A stretch of 64,000 nucleotides of DNA, taken from Amoebidium appalachense. Its lineage: Eukaryota > Protista > Ichthyosporea. The stretch's first letter is position 1; every line of letters begins with the position of its first letter. A program made the position numbers and the translations under genes. The notes beneath the pieces are model-generated. The model ran no database searches and was not told where the DNA came from. It saw only the letters and a program-made list of their open reading frames with translations. Below are positions 1-13,987 of this stretch, piece after piece. Where the stretch lies: contig CAVNZM010000002.1 of the NCBI GenBank assembly GCA_963693365.1, positions 2,496,259 to 2,560,258 of the forward strand, given 5' to 3'.

Positions 1-256
1 CCCTCCCCACCCCCCATCCCCACCCCCCACCCTCCCCCCCCTCCGGCTGAGTATTTTGAGTTCATTAACTTCGGGTCCATCTTTCCTCTTTCCCTCCTTC
101 CGATGCAGTCACCCCTCACTTCCATTCCCTCTCTCATTACGTTCCCATCTCATCAGTAAACGAACCACAACAAAAATTACACTCATGATGATCGAAGAAA
201 AGACAATTAACAATGATCGATTATCAGGTTTTTTCCGGAGGGCACCGATTTTCCAG

Positions 257-1027
257 CGGTGGCATATAAAGCGTCAGATGTGGTGACGCCCTCCCCACCT
301 ACCGGAACAACGTGTGGAGTCACATCAACCATGAACAATGAAAACCAGGCAGATACACACACCACCCAGGTAGATACGGTGCATGTTATTGTTATTCCTA
401 ATACGAACATAGTACTAAGCTGGTAGTATAACTCTGACTACTATTTCTCATTAGTGTATCATCAACGCCAGGCCTATGAAGCACGGCTTCCATCTTCTCT
501 ATCATTTTTTGCTTCTACTAGTTGTTTAAGGGGAAAATCAACGGGCTGCTGTACTGTACTCTCTTTTTCTTTCTTTCTTTTCTCCTTTTCTCCTTTTTTT
601 TCTTTGCCACTCACCCCAACCGTTTCCACTCTCACAGGTGCAAGGGCCATGGCACCACGGCCACACGTTTGGGTTAAGACGGCGCACTGTGTCTGGTGGC
701 GGGGCAGTGAGCCCTGGGCGCAACACGTGCCTGATGAAGCTTGTGGCCGACCACACGTACTACCGCTACCTCGGCAGCAACACCGCAACAGTCACCAACG
801 AGCTCGTCACCGTACGTGTGCCCTTTTTCTCTTTCCTCCCCCACCACCCCCCATCCCTCCCCCCCCCCCCCCCTCTTCCCCCTCCCCACCCCCTGACGTC
901 CTCCCCCCCCCCCCCCCCCACCCCCCGAATGGGTTCTGTTCATGTTTCATGCTGTAAACGATATTGCTGATGTCCCATACTTACATGTATTAAAGACATG
1001 AATAATGCATACTCTCTCTCTCACACG

Positions 1028-1126
<99 letters not shown>

Positions 1127-1358
1127 GCGCGCGCATAGCATCCACACCCCACACCATCATACCCACGCACACACGCGTGCACACAAGCACAGGCACATGC
1201 CTCACATGGCTCCCTCCCCTCCCCCCCCCTCCACCCCACACACACTTACCCACCCTTCAATGCTGTATTACATACACACCGTCCCAAAAGCACACAAATT
1301 GGCCCACGCAGTCACCACAAGCACATACGTCAGTAACACGCACACACACACAAACAAA

Positions 1359-1421
<63 letters not shown>

Positions 1422-1469
1422 GCGCACGCACATACACGCACACGCACACGCACACGCACACACACACAT

Positions 1470-1527
<58 letters not shown>

Positions 1528-2284
1528 CTACCCACACGCACGTACACGATACATACCCTCCCCCCCCCCCTCCCCCCCACCCTCCCCTCCCCCCACCCAC
1601 CCGACACACACACACACACAGATCCTCAAGTCTGTCGACTACATCTACGGCAACACGACCTTCTTTGATGATTTCTCCATTCACGTGGCTCTTCACGGCA
1701 ACGAACCAATCACAATCGTCTCAGATCCAGACCACTATCCGGAAGCTTTCAACAAGGGTAACCCCACCTAACCCCCCCCCCCCCTCTCCCCCCCCCCCCC
1801 TCTCCCCCCCCCTCCCTCCCCCCCCCCTCCCCCCCCCCCCCCCCCCCGGTCCCCCGCCCACCCCACCCAGACCCATCCCATCCCATCTCATCCCTTCCCT
1901 CTCCTAACCCCTCTCCTTTCCTTCCTTATCCCCCCCTCCCCGCCTATTCCCTCTCCCCTCCCCCTAAAGCCTCCCCTTCTCCATATCCCTCCATCCCTCC
2001 CCCCCCCTCCCCCTCCCGTCCTCCCCGCCCGCACCCCCTCCCGATAGACATAATTTCATTCCTTTGCCTTATCTGCTATACACCAAGATTGCGATCTAAT
2101 CTGGTTGCGATTAAATCTAGTTCGATTTAATCTTACCGAGATCAATTCTATTCCAATGCACGACAGTGGCCGACACCTCTCTCCGAGGCACCGACCTACT
2201 GCGTGCATTCAGTGAGGGTGACTTTAGCCAATACTGCCTGGCTATGCTATTTTTGCACAGAGACTTCGATGATGGTATCGAGCG

Positions 2285-2336
<52 letters not shown>

Positions 2337-3533
2337 CCCTCCCCCTTCCCCACCTGCGTTCATCCTTCCCATGTGCATCTTCTCCCTTTTTCTGCTTGTT
2401 CCCCCCTCTCCCTCCCCCCCCCCCCCCCCCATCCCCCCGCAGAACAAGAAAAAACAGAAGGACAAAAAAAAAAAAAAAAGCACTAAAAGCAGCTCTCTTG
2501 TCTTGCTTCTAGTATGCGGCTTGCTTTGTCCTGCTTTTTGTTCTATGACACTTTGTTAACACATCTGCTCACACACACTAATGAAACAGAGTAACACACT
2601 CACTCACTCACACGCACATGCACATGCACACACGCGCATGCACGCACACATCCAAGCACACACACATGCGGATGCACACACATACACGCACACACAAACA
2701 CATGCACACGCACACACACACACACACACAGGGCAGATACGCATACAAGTACAAGGACATGCACATGCCCACACAGGCTTGCACACACACACATACGCAT
2801 ACACACAGACACACACACACACACACACACACACAACCAAGGTTATTTACCAGAAGAAGGTTGGCGCAAATAGCAATGGGCAGGTGACATTGAAAAGTGT
2901 TTTTTTTTGCTCCACAGGAAAGTTGGGCATTGCATGGGTCTCCCGAGATGGGCAAGCCGGGGGGATATGCGAAAAAAGAAAACTGGATCGCACCGACGGA
3001 GTGCATCGAAGTTTCAACACGGTATGTGACATAGATATACCATTAGGACTTGATATATCATTGGACTAGATATACCAGTGGGACTAGATATACCATCGGT
3101 GCTATATCTTTGGGCCTAGATATACAATTGGGACTAGATATACCATCGAGACTAGATAAACCATTGGGGCTCACTGAGTGCAACCACCTAATGTTTGATG
3201 TGATAGGCACTTTCAAATTTGTGATATTATTCATGTTTATCATGTTGGTGCGGTAGCAAACGGTTCTGTTCGTTGGTTTCTTCTTCATCCGTCATAATTT
3301 AGCCCAGCCCCCTCTCTCTCTCCCCCTCTGTCCCCCCCCTCTGCCCCCCTCCGCCCCTTCCCCCTTTATACTTGAAAGGTTCTTTGACTTGGTGAAGTGT
3401 ACCGCGACTTACATAATTTCACGGGTTAGGGTCTCAACACCAACAACAACTTTGGCAGCATTGTGGGCAAGGCGGCAAACATCATCACCGTGGCCCACGA
3501 GATCGGCCACGGCTTCGGCGCTGACGTAAGGGT

Positions 3534-3572
<39 letters not shown>

Positions 3573-5740
3573 GAGAGGGGGGGGAAGAGGGACAGTGGGA
3601 GCGAGAGGGAGAAGGGGGGGTTGAAGGGGGAAAGGCGGTTTTTTGGGAGCCTCAGGGGAGGGGGAGGAGGGGGCCGGGAAGGAGGGAGGAGGGGAAACGC
3701 TAGGACTTATGAGTAACGATTTCAAACGTGGGGGGGGGAAGGGGGGGGGGTGGCCTGGCCCCCCTTTCCCCCCCCCTTCTCCCCCCTCCACCCACCTTAC
3801 CCCCCCTCCCCCCCCCCCCCCCCGCCCCCCTCTCCGCCACCTCCTATTCTCACGTACCAGATAACAATAACACATGTCTGGGCGCACCTCCCCCCCCCCC
3901 CCCCCCCCCCACCCACCCCACAAACACACACATGTACACACGAGCTTGCACACAACACAGGCACACAGACATAATCACACCTTGGCATATATATATATAC
4001 GCTCCCTTAAAGAACAAATGACAGGTATAGGGATTCGTTGATGATCCCCTTTAGCCCCTTGCCATCATGGCCCCCTTCCCCCCCCCCCCCCCTCCTCCCC
4101 CCCTCTACCCAGCACCCCCTTAGCCCCTCCCCCTCCTTCGCGCCCTCCCTCTCTCCCCCTCCCTCCTCACCCCCCCATGCACACACGCGCACACACATAC
4201 ACATACACACACATCCCTCCACCTCTTCCCACCCATTCTCCACAATAATCGTGACTTTTTGTCGCATGGTCAACCCAAATGCTTAGAAATTCGGCCGCCA
4301 ACAATTTCGGATCAAGGCAAATCTCACAATATTTCTTTTTATCACACAGCATGACACAGATCTGCCCCCGTGTGCTGGTGGCAACAACGGTAACTTCATC
4401 ATGTGGCCCAGGGCAACGTACACAAAGGCACCAAATAACAACAAATTTTCAGAGTGCAGGTAGGCTTTGATGATATCCTTTTATCAAAGTGATAATTAGC
4501 TAGGTACGTGTTTTAGAAATCCTTTGGTTATAATCACAATGAGACACATTTTTATGGTTAAATTTTATCATAACCAATTCATGCTAACCAGACCATGATC
4601 AAAGGGTAAGAGGGTTGCCACTATGTAGCGATGTGCTAATGCCCCTTTTGTGCACATTTTATGCTGTGTTTTTGTGTTAGCGGACATGGTGTGGTGTGGC
4701 AAGTAGACGACGGGAGAGAGGGGTAGATGCTGTAAGGATGGTGAGAGAAGAGGAGATGAAGGGGCTGGTTAGGGGTTCCATTATCCCTGCTCCCCCCTCC
4801 CCCCTTCCCTCGCCCCCTCCCCCTCCCCCCCCTCCCCCGCCCCCCGGTTGCTGCCCTCTCCTCTCCCTCCCCCCCCTTCCTCCCCCACACCCCTCAACTC
4901 AACACAGAGGTACCCACACACACCTAGCATCCTTTCTCTTTTGATTGTCCCATCACTCTTCCTTCCCGGCCAAGCACAGACATAAGGTCATATACTGACA
5001 TACACACAATAGCCCCTGACACTGACCCCCTCCCCCCTCTTTCCCCTCCCTTCCCCTCCCCCCCCCCCCCCCCCCCCCCCAACACACACACACACACAGC
5101 CTGGCGGCCATGCGCACGACGCTTTTGAACCGGGCCACGTGCTTTGGGCCGTACCCCGATGCCGTCTGCGGCAACGGCATCAGAGAGGCCGCCGAGGAAT
5201 GCGACTCGGCCGGCCAGAGCCCATGCTGCACCCAGAACTGCACCCTGGCAGCCGGCGCTCAGTGCAGGTGCGTGCTGGAATGCACTAGAAGGGTAAACGA
5301 CCAATAGGATTGCTCGATTATTGGCCATTGAATCCATTGGTGCTAAATTGACGCTAATGCTTGTATGTTTCCTCGAGTTTAAATTTCACAAATGCCAACT
5401 GCCCGCCTGTCCATGTCTAGTCCATCTACACAGACACTGTCTCTCGCCCACAGGGGTTCTACCGTTTCACCCAGGCTTCTACTTGTTGCTTGTATCTCAA
5501 TCTCAAATGTCTACTAATATTATTAGAGGTTTCATGAGTAATGCATACTGCCAGATTCTATGCGCTTTCATCCCCCCCCCCCCCCCCCTTCTTCCTCTAG
5601 GAACAACTCTATTTTTCGATCGCCATTTGCCTAATATGGTTCGTCTACTTTTCTTTTTGGACAGTGAGAATGACCCCTGCTGCAATGTGGCCACGTGCAA
5701 GCTGGCGGGACCGGAGCAGATGTGTCGTCAGGGAGGTGGG

Positions 5741-5795
<55 letters not shown>

Positions 5796-6844
5796 TTTTG
5801 TTTTGTTTGGTTGTGTTTGTGTGTGCTGTGTGTGTTGTTGGTTGTGTGTGTGCGTGGTGTGTTTGGGTGTGTGTGTGTGTTTGGTTGTGCATGAGTGTGC
5901 ATACGGCCCCACAATGCCTTAGGGCGAGGGAGATTTAATTGGGTTAGTCAAACTCTTTCAATCGCCCTGGCAGGAAGCGGCTAACAGAGCATAGAGGTGG
6001 AATAACGTTTATTTTAAAAATGGAACATGTAAACCGTTGAACATCGAAAACCACACACCGCTAATACACACTCCCCCGAACATCTAAGATACACACCTGA
6101 ACGGTTTCAGAGCATGATCCATGCATTGTAATTTACTGCCTTTCAAATCTCACACATGATTGGCCACCTATTATAGGTTCCTGTTCACGTGATACGTATT
6201 GCACCTACCGTAGCCGGGAGTGTCCTCCACCCGTGGCCCTGCCAAACACCACCACCTGTGGCAGTGACAATGAGCTCACAAATGCATTCTTCTGCACCAA
6301 AGGGAGTATGCAACCTTCCTCTCCCTCCTTCCCCCCCCCCCCCCCCCCCCCCTCCCTCCCCCAATCCCCCCCCCCCCCCCCCCGGACCCCCTTAACCCCT
6401 TCACCTCACGCCCCTCTCCCTCTCTCTCCCGACAATATGAACTCGGACTTCACCTTACGACACTGTTCCTTTCACTAATAATCCAACAAAGCTGATGTGT
6501 CCCCCCTCCCCTCTTGCTTTTATTGCATATTTTGTTCTTCAAACCGTGCCCCCGCCTCTCTCCTTACCCACAACCCCCTCCCACACACACATACAAGTTA
6601 TGCCCGTCATGTACCTAAAGGTTTTTCATATTGATGTATACGTATTCACTTTTCTGCCACAAAAGGCCAGACTATTACTTCACCTCCTCTCCGATACCGT
6701 CCCATGGTGATAAAACCACTCACGCCCGCATCAACGGAGAGCAACGTGCACACAACACGTACATGAGCACGTGCATGTACACACACGTACAGCTGCACTT
6801 TCACAATGTGCATGCACGCTCGCGCACGTGCACACACGGACACA

Positions 6845-6925
<81 letters not shown>

Positions 6926-8562
6926 CGTGCAGCAGCGAGCTGGTCAGCAGCCAGACACCCCTCTCCTCTGTGCCGACCGTCTGCTCTCTCTTCGACACCA
7001 CCGCCTGCCAGACCGGCTCATGCGCCCCCCGTGGAATAGGTGTGCATAAAAACCCAATCCGCCAGCCACATACTGTACTAGGTTTTCAACAAACACACAC
7101 ATGCACACACACACCCCTCAGTACCCTCCCTGCCCCCTTCCCTACCCCTTTCTTTTTCAACCCATCCACCCACACCTGAAAGGTTTGGAAGTAGAATCCC
7201 CTCGTTTTGTTCACACAGTGGATATCCTTGATGATTGGCCTTTTCAACCTGTCTCTTGCCATTCGTTTTTCCGATTTCTGCTATGTGTTAATTATTTTTC
7301 GTGTTTTTTGCTTCCATGTTTCCAACCCTCGGTCTTACACATTTACACACACCAATCAACCCCCGTCCCCATCCCCTCCCCCGCCTCCCCCAGTCCCCCT
7401 TACCTAACCATCCCAACCGCAAATACATATCACCACACTAGAGTATATTAAAATACCCACCAATCCAGACGAGTGCCGGCTGTGCTGTGTGTTCAACGGC
7501 ACGTGCCAGGCCGTGTCGTCCATCTGCCGTGGGCCCGGGGAGCTGCCGAGGGGGTGTGTGATCAGGGCGGGGGTGCGGCAGTCGGTGCAGCCGGCCGGCA
7601 GTGCGTGCAGCCACACGGACGGCTACTGCAGCGCCCAGGCCGTGTGCGTGATCGTCAACAACATCGTGCCCAGCGCTATCGGCGTCACATCGGTAGGCTG
7701 TTCTTTACCCCCCCCCCCCCTCCCCCCCCTCCCCCCCCCCCCCCCCCACAAGACTATCCACCTCTTCCCCCCCCCCCCCCCACCCCCTCCCGGTCCCCCA
7801 ACACACACACACACCAGCACACACATCCGCCCCTCTTCAGCCGCTCCCACCTGGTGCAGGCAGACTCCGCTCTCTCAGTACCTCTTGGTTGCTTTCTTCA
7901 CCCCTCCCCTCCCCTCACCTTCTCCCAAGAGTGTCCGACGATGATAGGATCTGTTCTTCTGCCTGCACACTTTTTCTCTGTTTCGTGGTTTATTCTCTTT
8001 GGATTAATGAATGTTTGTGGTTTTATTAGTGCCCTTTTTCCCATGCAGCCTTCTCCCCCCCCTCCCCCCACCCACCCACCCACACACTGGGCCACACACC
8101 CAACCATCTACCCTCCGCTCCCCCTCCCCTCCCCTCCCCTCCCTCCCCTCCAACTACGCTCTGTCCCCCTACCCTCCCTTCCTCCCCCCTCTCTCCCCGC
8201 CACCACCACCACCCATCAACCCACCCATCTGAACTCTGCATCTGCCCCCCCCCCCCCCCCCCCCCTCCCACCAAAAAAAAAAATCCTTCTTGTCTGTAAA
8301 GCCACGTGGCATTCTTGGCATACCAGGCCACTTACGATGCACAATCGTGCAAACGGTTTTGATTGGTTGCAGCCGCACAACCCAATTGCCAAATAAGGCT
8401 ATAAACTGAATACCACTGGCCAGGCTGCGCAATGGCTCGAGTACACGTGGTACTTCCTAGTTGCCGGGCTTGGTGTTTTTGCCGTGTTCATAGGCATCTA
8501 CTACACAATGACAAGATGCTGCCCCTCGGGGAGACGCATGCGCAGAAAGGTTAGCCCCCCTC

Positions 8563-8611
<49 letters not shown>

Positions 8612-10793
8612 CTCCCCCCCCCCCTCCCCCCCCCCCCCCCCCCCCAACCTCCCCTCACCGCGCCCCCCCCGCGCCCCCCCCCCCCCCCCCCGGGGCATCC
8701 CCCACCCTCACTCCGGACACCTTCAATCCCCTCGCACCCATAATCCCTTCCTCTCCTCCCCTACTCCCATTCCTATCCCCATCCTCTCTCCCCCTACTCC
8801 CCCATATCTACAAGGACGATTCAACTCTTTGATTTAAGGGCTGATTTCAACATGCCTTTAGGAGCATGAGTTTCGCAATGCTTACCACATCCATATCAGG
8901 CAATCGAGCACAACAAGCGGATCATCAGAAACATGAAAAGGGAACAAGCAAGAGTGAGTGCCTCCCTCCCCCCTCCCCCCTACCTTTCAACCCCGCCCTT
9001 TCCCTCCCGTTCTCTCACCTCTTCTCCCCCCCCCTCCCCCCCCCCATTCCTCCCCTTTCCCCCGTTGCCCCCTCCCCCCCTGCGTCTTTGTGCCTCACAA
9101 ATACCACCGACATCACCACTGTGCCACTCGAACATCATCCGCCAAATTTAGGCCAGCCCACTCTTCACTCCCACCTCCACCTCCCAGACCCCCATCTATA
9201 TACCTCCTTGAAACCTCTTCCCTCAAAAACAAACATAGGTCACACACACTGTCCATGCACACGCATGTGCACGCACATGATGCAGAGAGACACACACACA
9301 CACACAGATGCACACAGACACAGACACGTACACACGTACCCATGCACATAAAAACGCAAACCCACCCAACCCACCCAACCACCCACGCACCCGCCTGCCC
9401 ACCCACCCCACCCACACACCCACACAGACACATACATCTTCATCCAAATCACCCCTATTTATGATGACCCACCTAAGGTAACCCTGAACTATTCATGCAA
9501 ATATGTTGATGTTTTTGTATGGTATGTAGCCACATCACGCACATATCGAATAGCAACAATATCAGTATATTGTTATAATATCCCCAGATCAACCCGCACA
9601 GAGTTAATAATGGACATCCTCAAACAAAACAGGAAAATGGGCAAATATGGCCACTCAACATCCCCGTTCCGGTCCCGTGGGCGTCTCCTTGTGCAAAACC
9701 CAGTAACCCCCCCCCCCCCCCCCCTCCCCTCCCCCCCGCCGCAAAAAGAAAAAAGTAGGAGAAAAAAAGAAGAAACAGTGAATAACAAGAAGAAGAGGGG
9801 GGTTAGAGGGGGGGATGGAGGGAAACAGGAGGGGATTCAGAACCCAAGAAATTCCATAGGAATGATCAAGGCTAAAACCAACGCCTTGTTCAAAGCTACT
9901 TGCATGCCTTTTCTTTCCCTTCTTTTCGACTAATGTGGGCTTAAACACACACGTGCACAAGCCGCTAATGCTTCACCACCACAATCCTGCATAACCATCC
10001 TCCTTGCTTCTACTCAGCATTCCTCCTTCTCCCCTCCCTCTCCTACACACACCACAAACCATCCCCACTCTCCATTCTTCCCCCCCCCCCCCCCCCCCCC
10101 CTTTCCCCCCTACTATCCTCCCATCGTTCGTTCCCAACCTCCCACCTTACTACTATTAAAATAGCAAGAACACCCAATTAGGGTCACAAAACCCCATCTC
10201 CCCTCCCCCCTCCCTCCCCCCCCCCCCCCCTCGACGCCCCCCTTCCCGACCCCATAGGCCTCTCTACCCTCCCCTTTCCGCCTCCCCTGCCTTCCCCGGC
10301 CCTTCATCGCCCCCAAGCCCCACCCAGCCACCCCCCTCCCCCCCCCCCCCCCCCCCAAACATTTTCTATTCTTTTCTATACACATGCATGCTGTGAGATA
10401 CCTAATTACTTACCCCACCATCAACCCCACTAGCAGACAAGCTACCGCAAGAAACCCTCGAGCATGTGGCTTCATCTTCTTTCATATCCTGTCTGGGTCC
10501 TCAACCACCTGCGTAAGCTTGCAACCCCCCTCTCCCCCCTCTATCCCCCCTCCCCCCTCTCCACCACCATTCATTTCAGCCGCCCCCCCCCCCCCCCCCC
10601 CCCCCCCCCTCTCCCCTCCTCTCCCCACCCCCCTCCCCTCCCACCACCACCACCACCACTACGTATACCACCCTTTGACCCACTTCATACTGCACCCATC
10701 AATCCAGCTACTAGTGATTGAAGAGGTGATGGCATCAATCGGTCAGATTTTTTTGAGTTTGCCAAGGGGCGAGGGGCAGGGAGGGGGTATTGC

Positions 10794-10833
<40 letters not shown>

Positions 10834-11836
10834 GGGAAAGGCCGGCGGGAAGTGGAATTCGAAAGGGGGGGGAGGGGGGGAGGGGGGGGAGGGGGGGGGG
10901 GCAGGAGGGAGGGGAGAAAAGTTACTGGTCACCATAGCACCAAATTTAAACATGGCCATAAACATAATTTCGGGTTTCCACCACTTTTTCCTTATCACTG
11001 ACTGACACACATAAAACAGCCAACCCTCAGAACACATTCCACCTGTAAGTGACTATGCTGCGCAACCATTGGCTGCAAATCAGCTGGTCGGAACACACTC
11101 TGTCCCAGCACTCCCACTCAATGCCGTTCCTCAGACAAACCATCACCTGTGTGTTACCCAAACGGCCGACCATCGTTCCCCAAACCTTCGCCGACACTCC
11201 GCTCCAAGATTGGATTTCCACCCGGCGCAATCGGAAAATCAATCGCAATCGCAGAGCACTACTTCACCTAATATGCAAAGAATCCACGATCACGATAACC
11301 ATTGTAGGCATTCTTTGAAACCCGATCAAGCCCTATCACCTTCATGTCATATGCGATATTCGGCTGCAGACATCACCCAATCATCATCTCTATCACCCAT
11401 TGCAGCCAATCAAATTGCATATTCACCCTCCGTACAACCTCATGTTCGCAAAATGGAAATACCGTCACCAAGTCCTGCTCCAAGCCATGCAGTTCCGTTA
11501 GTTCGGGAGCAAAATTTCCAAAGTCGGAGTCCTTCTGTCTCGTTGGCCCCAATACATTGTGGAGATCACCGTGCAAACCAAGACATAAACTCCGGACAGG
11601 AAAATTCGGGCCAGATCACACCACGATCGCCCCATCAATCGCGCATGCCTAAGGTGAGCAGAAACAAAAATTCACGAGATTCGTGTCAGATCGCGCCATC
11701 GCCTTGCCCTTCGCCATCGGCGTCGCCTAATCTAAGAAATCAGAAATATTATAGCGCACCAGTATCGGGTGGTGTCCCGTGTTGGGCTTCAAAGTATTTG
11801 CAGGCAGACCCCAAGCAGAGCGCACGCAATGTGTGA
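257..11836 (+). CDS. ADAM10/ADAM17-like membrane metalloprotease-disintegrin (5' end lies before the window)
   Basis: Phase-consistent GT-AG exons: 257-369 (prodomain with cysteine switch TCG), 638-811 (furin-like RRR; NTCLMKLVADHTYY), 1622-1757, 2167-2274 (YCLAMLFLHRDFDDG), 2918-3021 (KLGIAWV...GGIC), 3430-3525 (HEIGHGFGAD), 4350-4459 (H...FIMWP Met-turn, FSECS), 5100-5267 (CGNGIREAAEECD), 5665-5735, 6177-6305, 6926-7039, 7469-7692 (Cys-rich), 8424-8549 (TM), 8900-8953, 9588-9702, 10437-10512, 11020-11836 (cytoplasmic tail, TGA). The tail exons are less certain than the catalytic ones. Confidence 0.93.
3028..3169. repeat. ~18-bp minisatellite, about 7 degenerate copies (consensus GGACTAGATATACCATTG) in an ADAM intron
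   Basis: Repeated 'ggactagatatacca' units are directly visible. Confidence 0.85.
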
Positions 11837-12073
11837 TAGTACTGTATTTGCTTATGTATATAGTGCTTTTGACTGCCAATAGAAACAAGTGTGATTTGTA
11901 TACACCGCTGGAGACAGCCTGTTATTAGATTGACAAGAATAAATGCATCGGTGGTGATGCACTGTGAAATATAAGGCTTCCTGCCGACAGACTTTTAGAC
12001 ATAATAGGTTCGAATTTTTAGTTCTGCCAGAAAAGTCCAGTGAAAAACATACACATACGCATACATACACACA

Positions 12074-12190
<117 letters not shown>

Positions 12191-13009
12191 GCACACACGC
12201 ATGAATGCACGTCCCGTGCACACGCGCACACAGGCACACACAAATGCACACACATAAACAATTGAAGGCATGTATGCACACACACACGAACACACACGTA
12301 CACGCATGCGCGCACACCCACTCACCCACCCACACTTGTTTCCGATGATCATAGCATTCAAAGAATGCACATGGTTGACTTTTTTCTTTCTTTCTTTCTT
12401 TCTTTGTTGTTGTTGGGGGGGGGGGGGGGGGGGGGGGGGGGAAATGGGTGGGTAACGAGCACCCATGTTAGCCCTTTTGATTTTTCCTCATTCGATCATT
12501 AGTTTTAGGTCTGAAGTTATAATTACATTTTACCGTTGTCATAACCATATATGTAGTTGCCCTTTATAATTAAAGGGTGGAATATTTTGCAGATGTGCGG
12601 TAATTGTGCCTTCCTGCAAACCGTTTTGATGAATTTGGAGGTGCTTTAATTAAGCAGCATCCGAACTAATGAGCTTAAAGTGGCCTCGGGACCGTGTTGG
12701 TCTACTTGACAGTTTACACGTAGTGCACGTGGGGCCTCGGTATTGCTCCAGTGTACGGTGTGGTGTAAACCAGATGTGTTTAAGGGATCCCTTAAGTGTT
12801 CGTGCATGTTCCGCCGAGGTGCTCATGCATACGTGTCAGGTTTTGCTTGGGCCCGCTTTCTGCATGTGTATACGTGTGTGTCTGTGGGTGTGCGTATGTG
12901 TGTGTGAGCGTGTGTATCATGTCTTTTCTTTTCTTTTTTTTTTTTACGGGGAGGGGGAGGGGGGGAGGAGGGGGGAGGGGGACGGGAGGGGGTATGCCGA
13001 AGTTGTGTT

Positions 13010-13059
<50 letters not shown>

Positions 13060-13168
13060 CGCTGTACGCATATATCATGTCTTTTCCTTTTGGGGGGGGA
13101 GGGGGGGGGGGGGGAGGGGGCGGGGGCGGGAGGGGGGGGGGGGGTTGCCCAAGCTGTGTGTGTGTGTG

Positions 13169-13200
<32 letters not shown>

Positions 13201-13987
13201 TGCACGCATGTGCGTGTGTGACACTGTGTGTGTGTGCGTGCGTGTGCGTCTGTGTGCACGTGTGTTGAAAATCGACAGACACTCAAAAACACCGACTCTC
13301 AGAGTTTCGAGCTCAACCGAATAAGTGCATACATTATGAAATCGAGCTCAGAGCTCAATTTCATCACTCGGAGGTTCCTTTATATTTAGTAGCCGGGGTG
13401 CCAAACTCAAAACACAAGAATCTTCTTCGTATTCGTTCTGATTTACAACAGCTGAGCATATCACTGATACACTTCCGTGCCCTTTTCGCAAAGTTTTACA
13501 ATTAATTTACATATGCATGTGCCTTTTTTTTTAAAAAAAGGGTGAGCTACTGATGCTATGGAGAACCAGCTCAATTTGTTTGCCTATGATTTCTTATCAG
13601 TATCATCCAACATTTAGTTTAATAACGAATACTCACATCGCGTACTTCGATATATGCAAATCACCTTTTATGGCATCAACATATAACTGTCGCCTAAAAA
13701 ACATTGTGTCTCGTAACAGGATGCATAATCGGGCGGGCATGCCGAAAGGAAACCCTATGACAACTGGTATACATAGCCTATCGAGCATTCATAACCCAAA
13801 TGGACACGTAGGGTCTCCCTTACGTAAAGGCGATTTTTTTGAGTTTCCTCCGTAAAAGCCCCCAAAAAAATCAATCACATTCAACAGTACCACTAAGTAA
13901 TTTTTTTTTCTTAAAAAAACCTACATTAGTTAGTCCCATTATTTCAAGGGATAGCAATATGTATAATTATTACATTGCTCTGAATTT

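Noticed and set aside
947-1907. Long ORFs of [20 protein letters not shown] here and throughout the ORF track
   Set aside because: They are translations of intronic or intergenic microsatellites and homopolymers, open in several frames on both strands.
3028-3169. Regularly repeated 18-mer as a CRISPR-like array
   Set aside because: There are no unique spacers, the units are contiguous, it lies in a eukaryotic intron and no cas genes are present.
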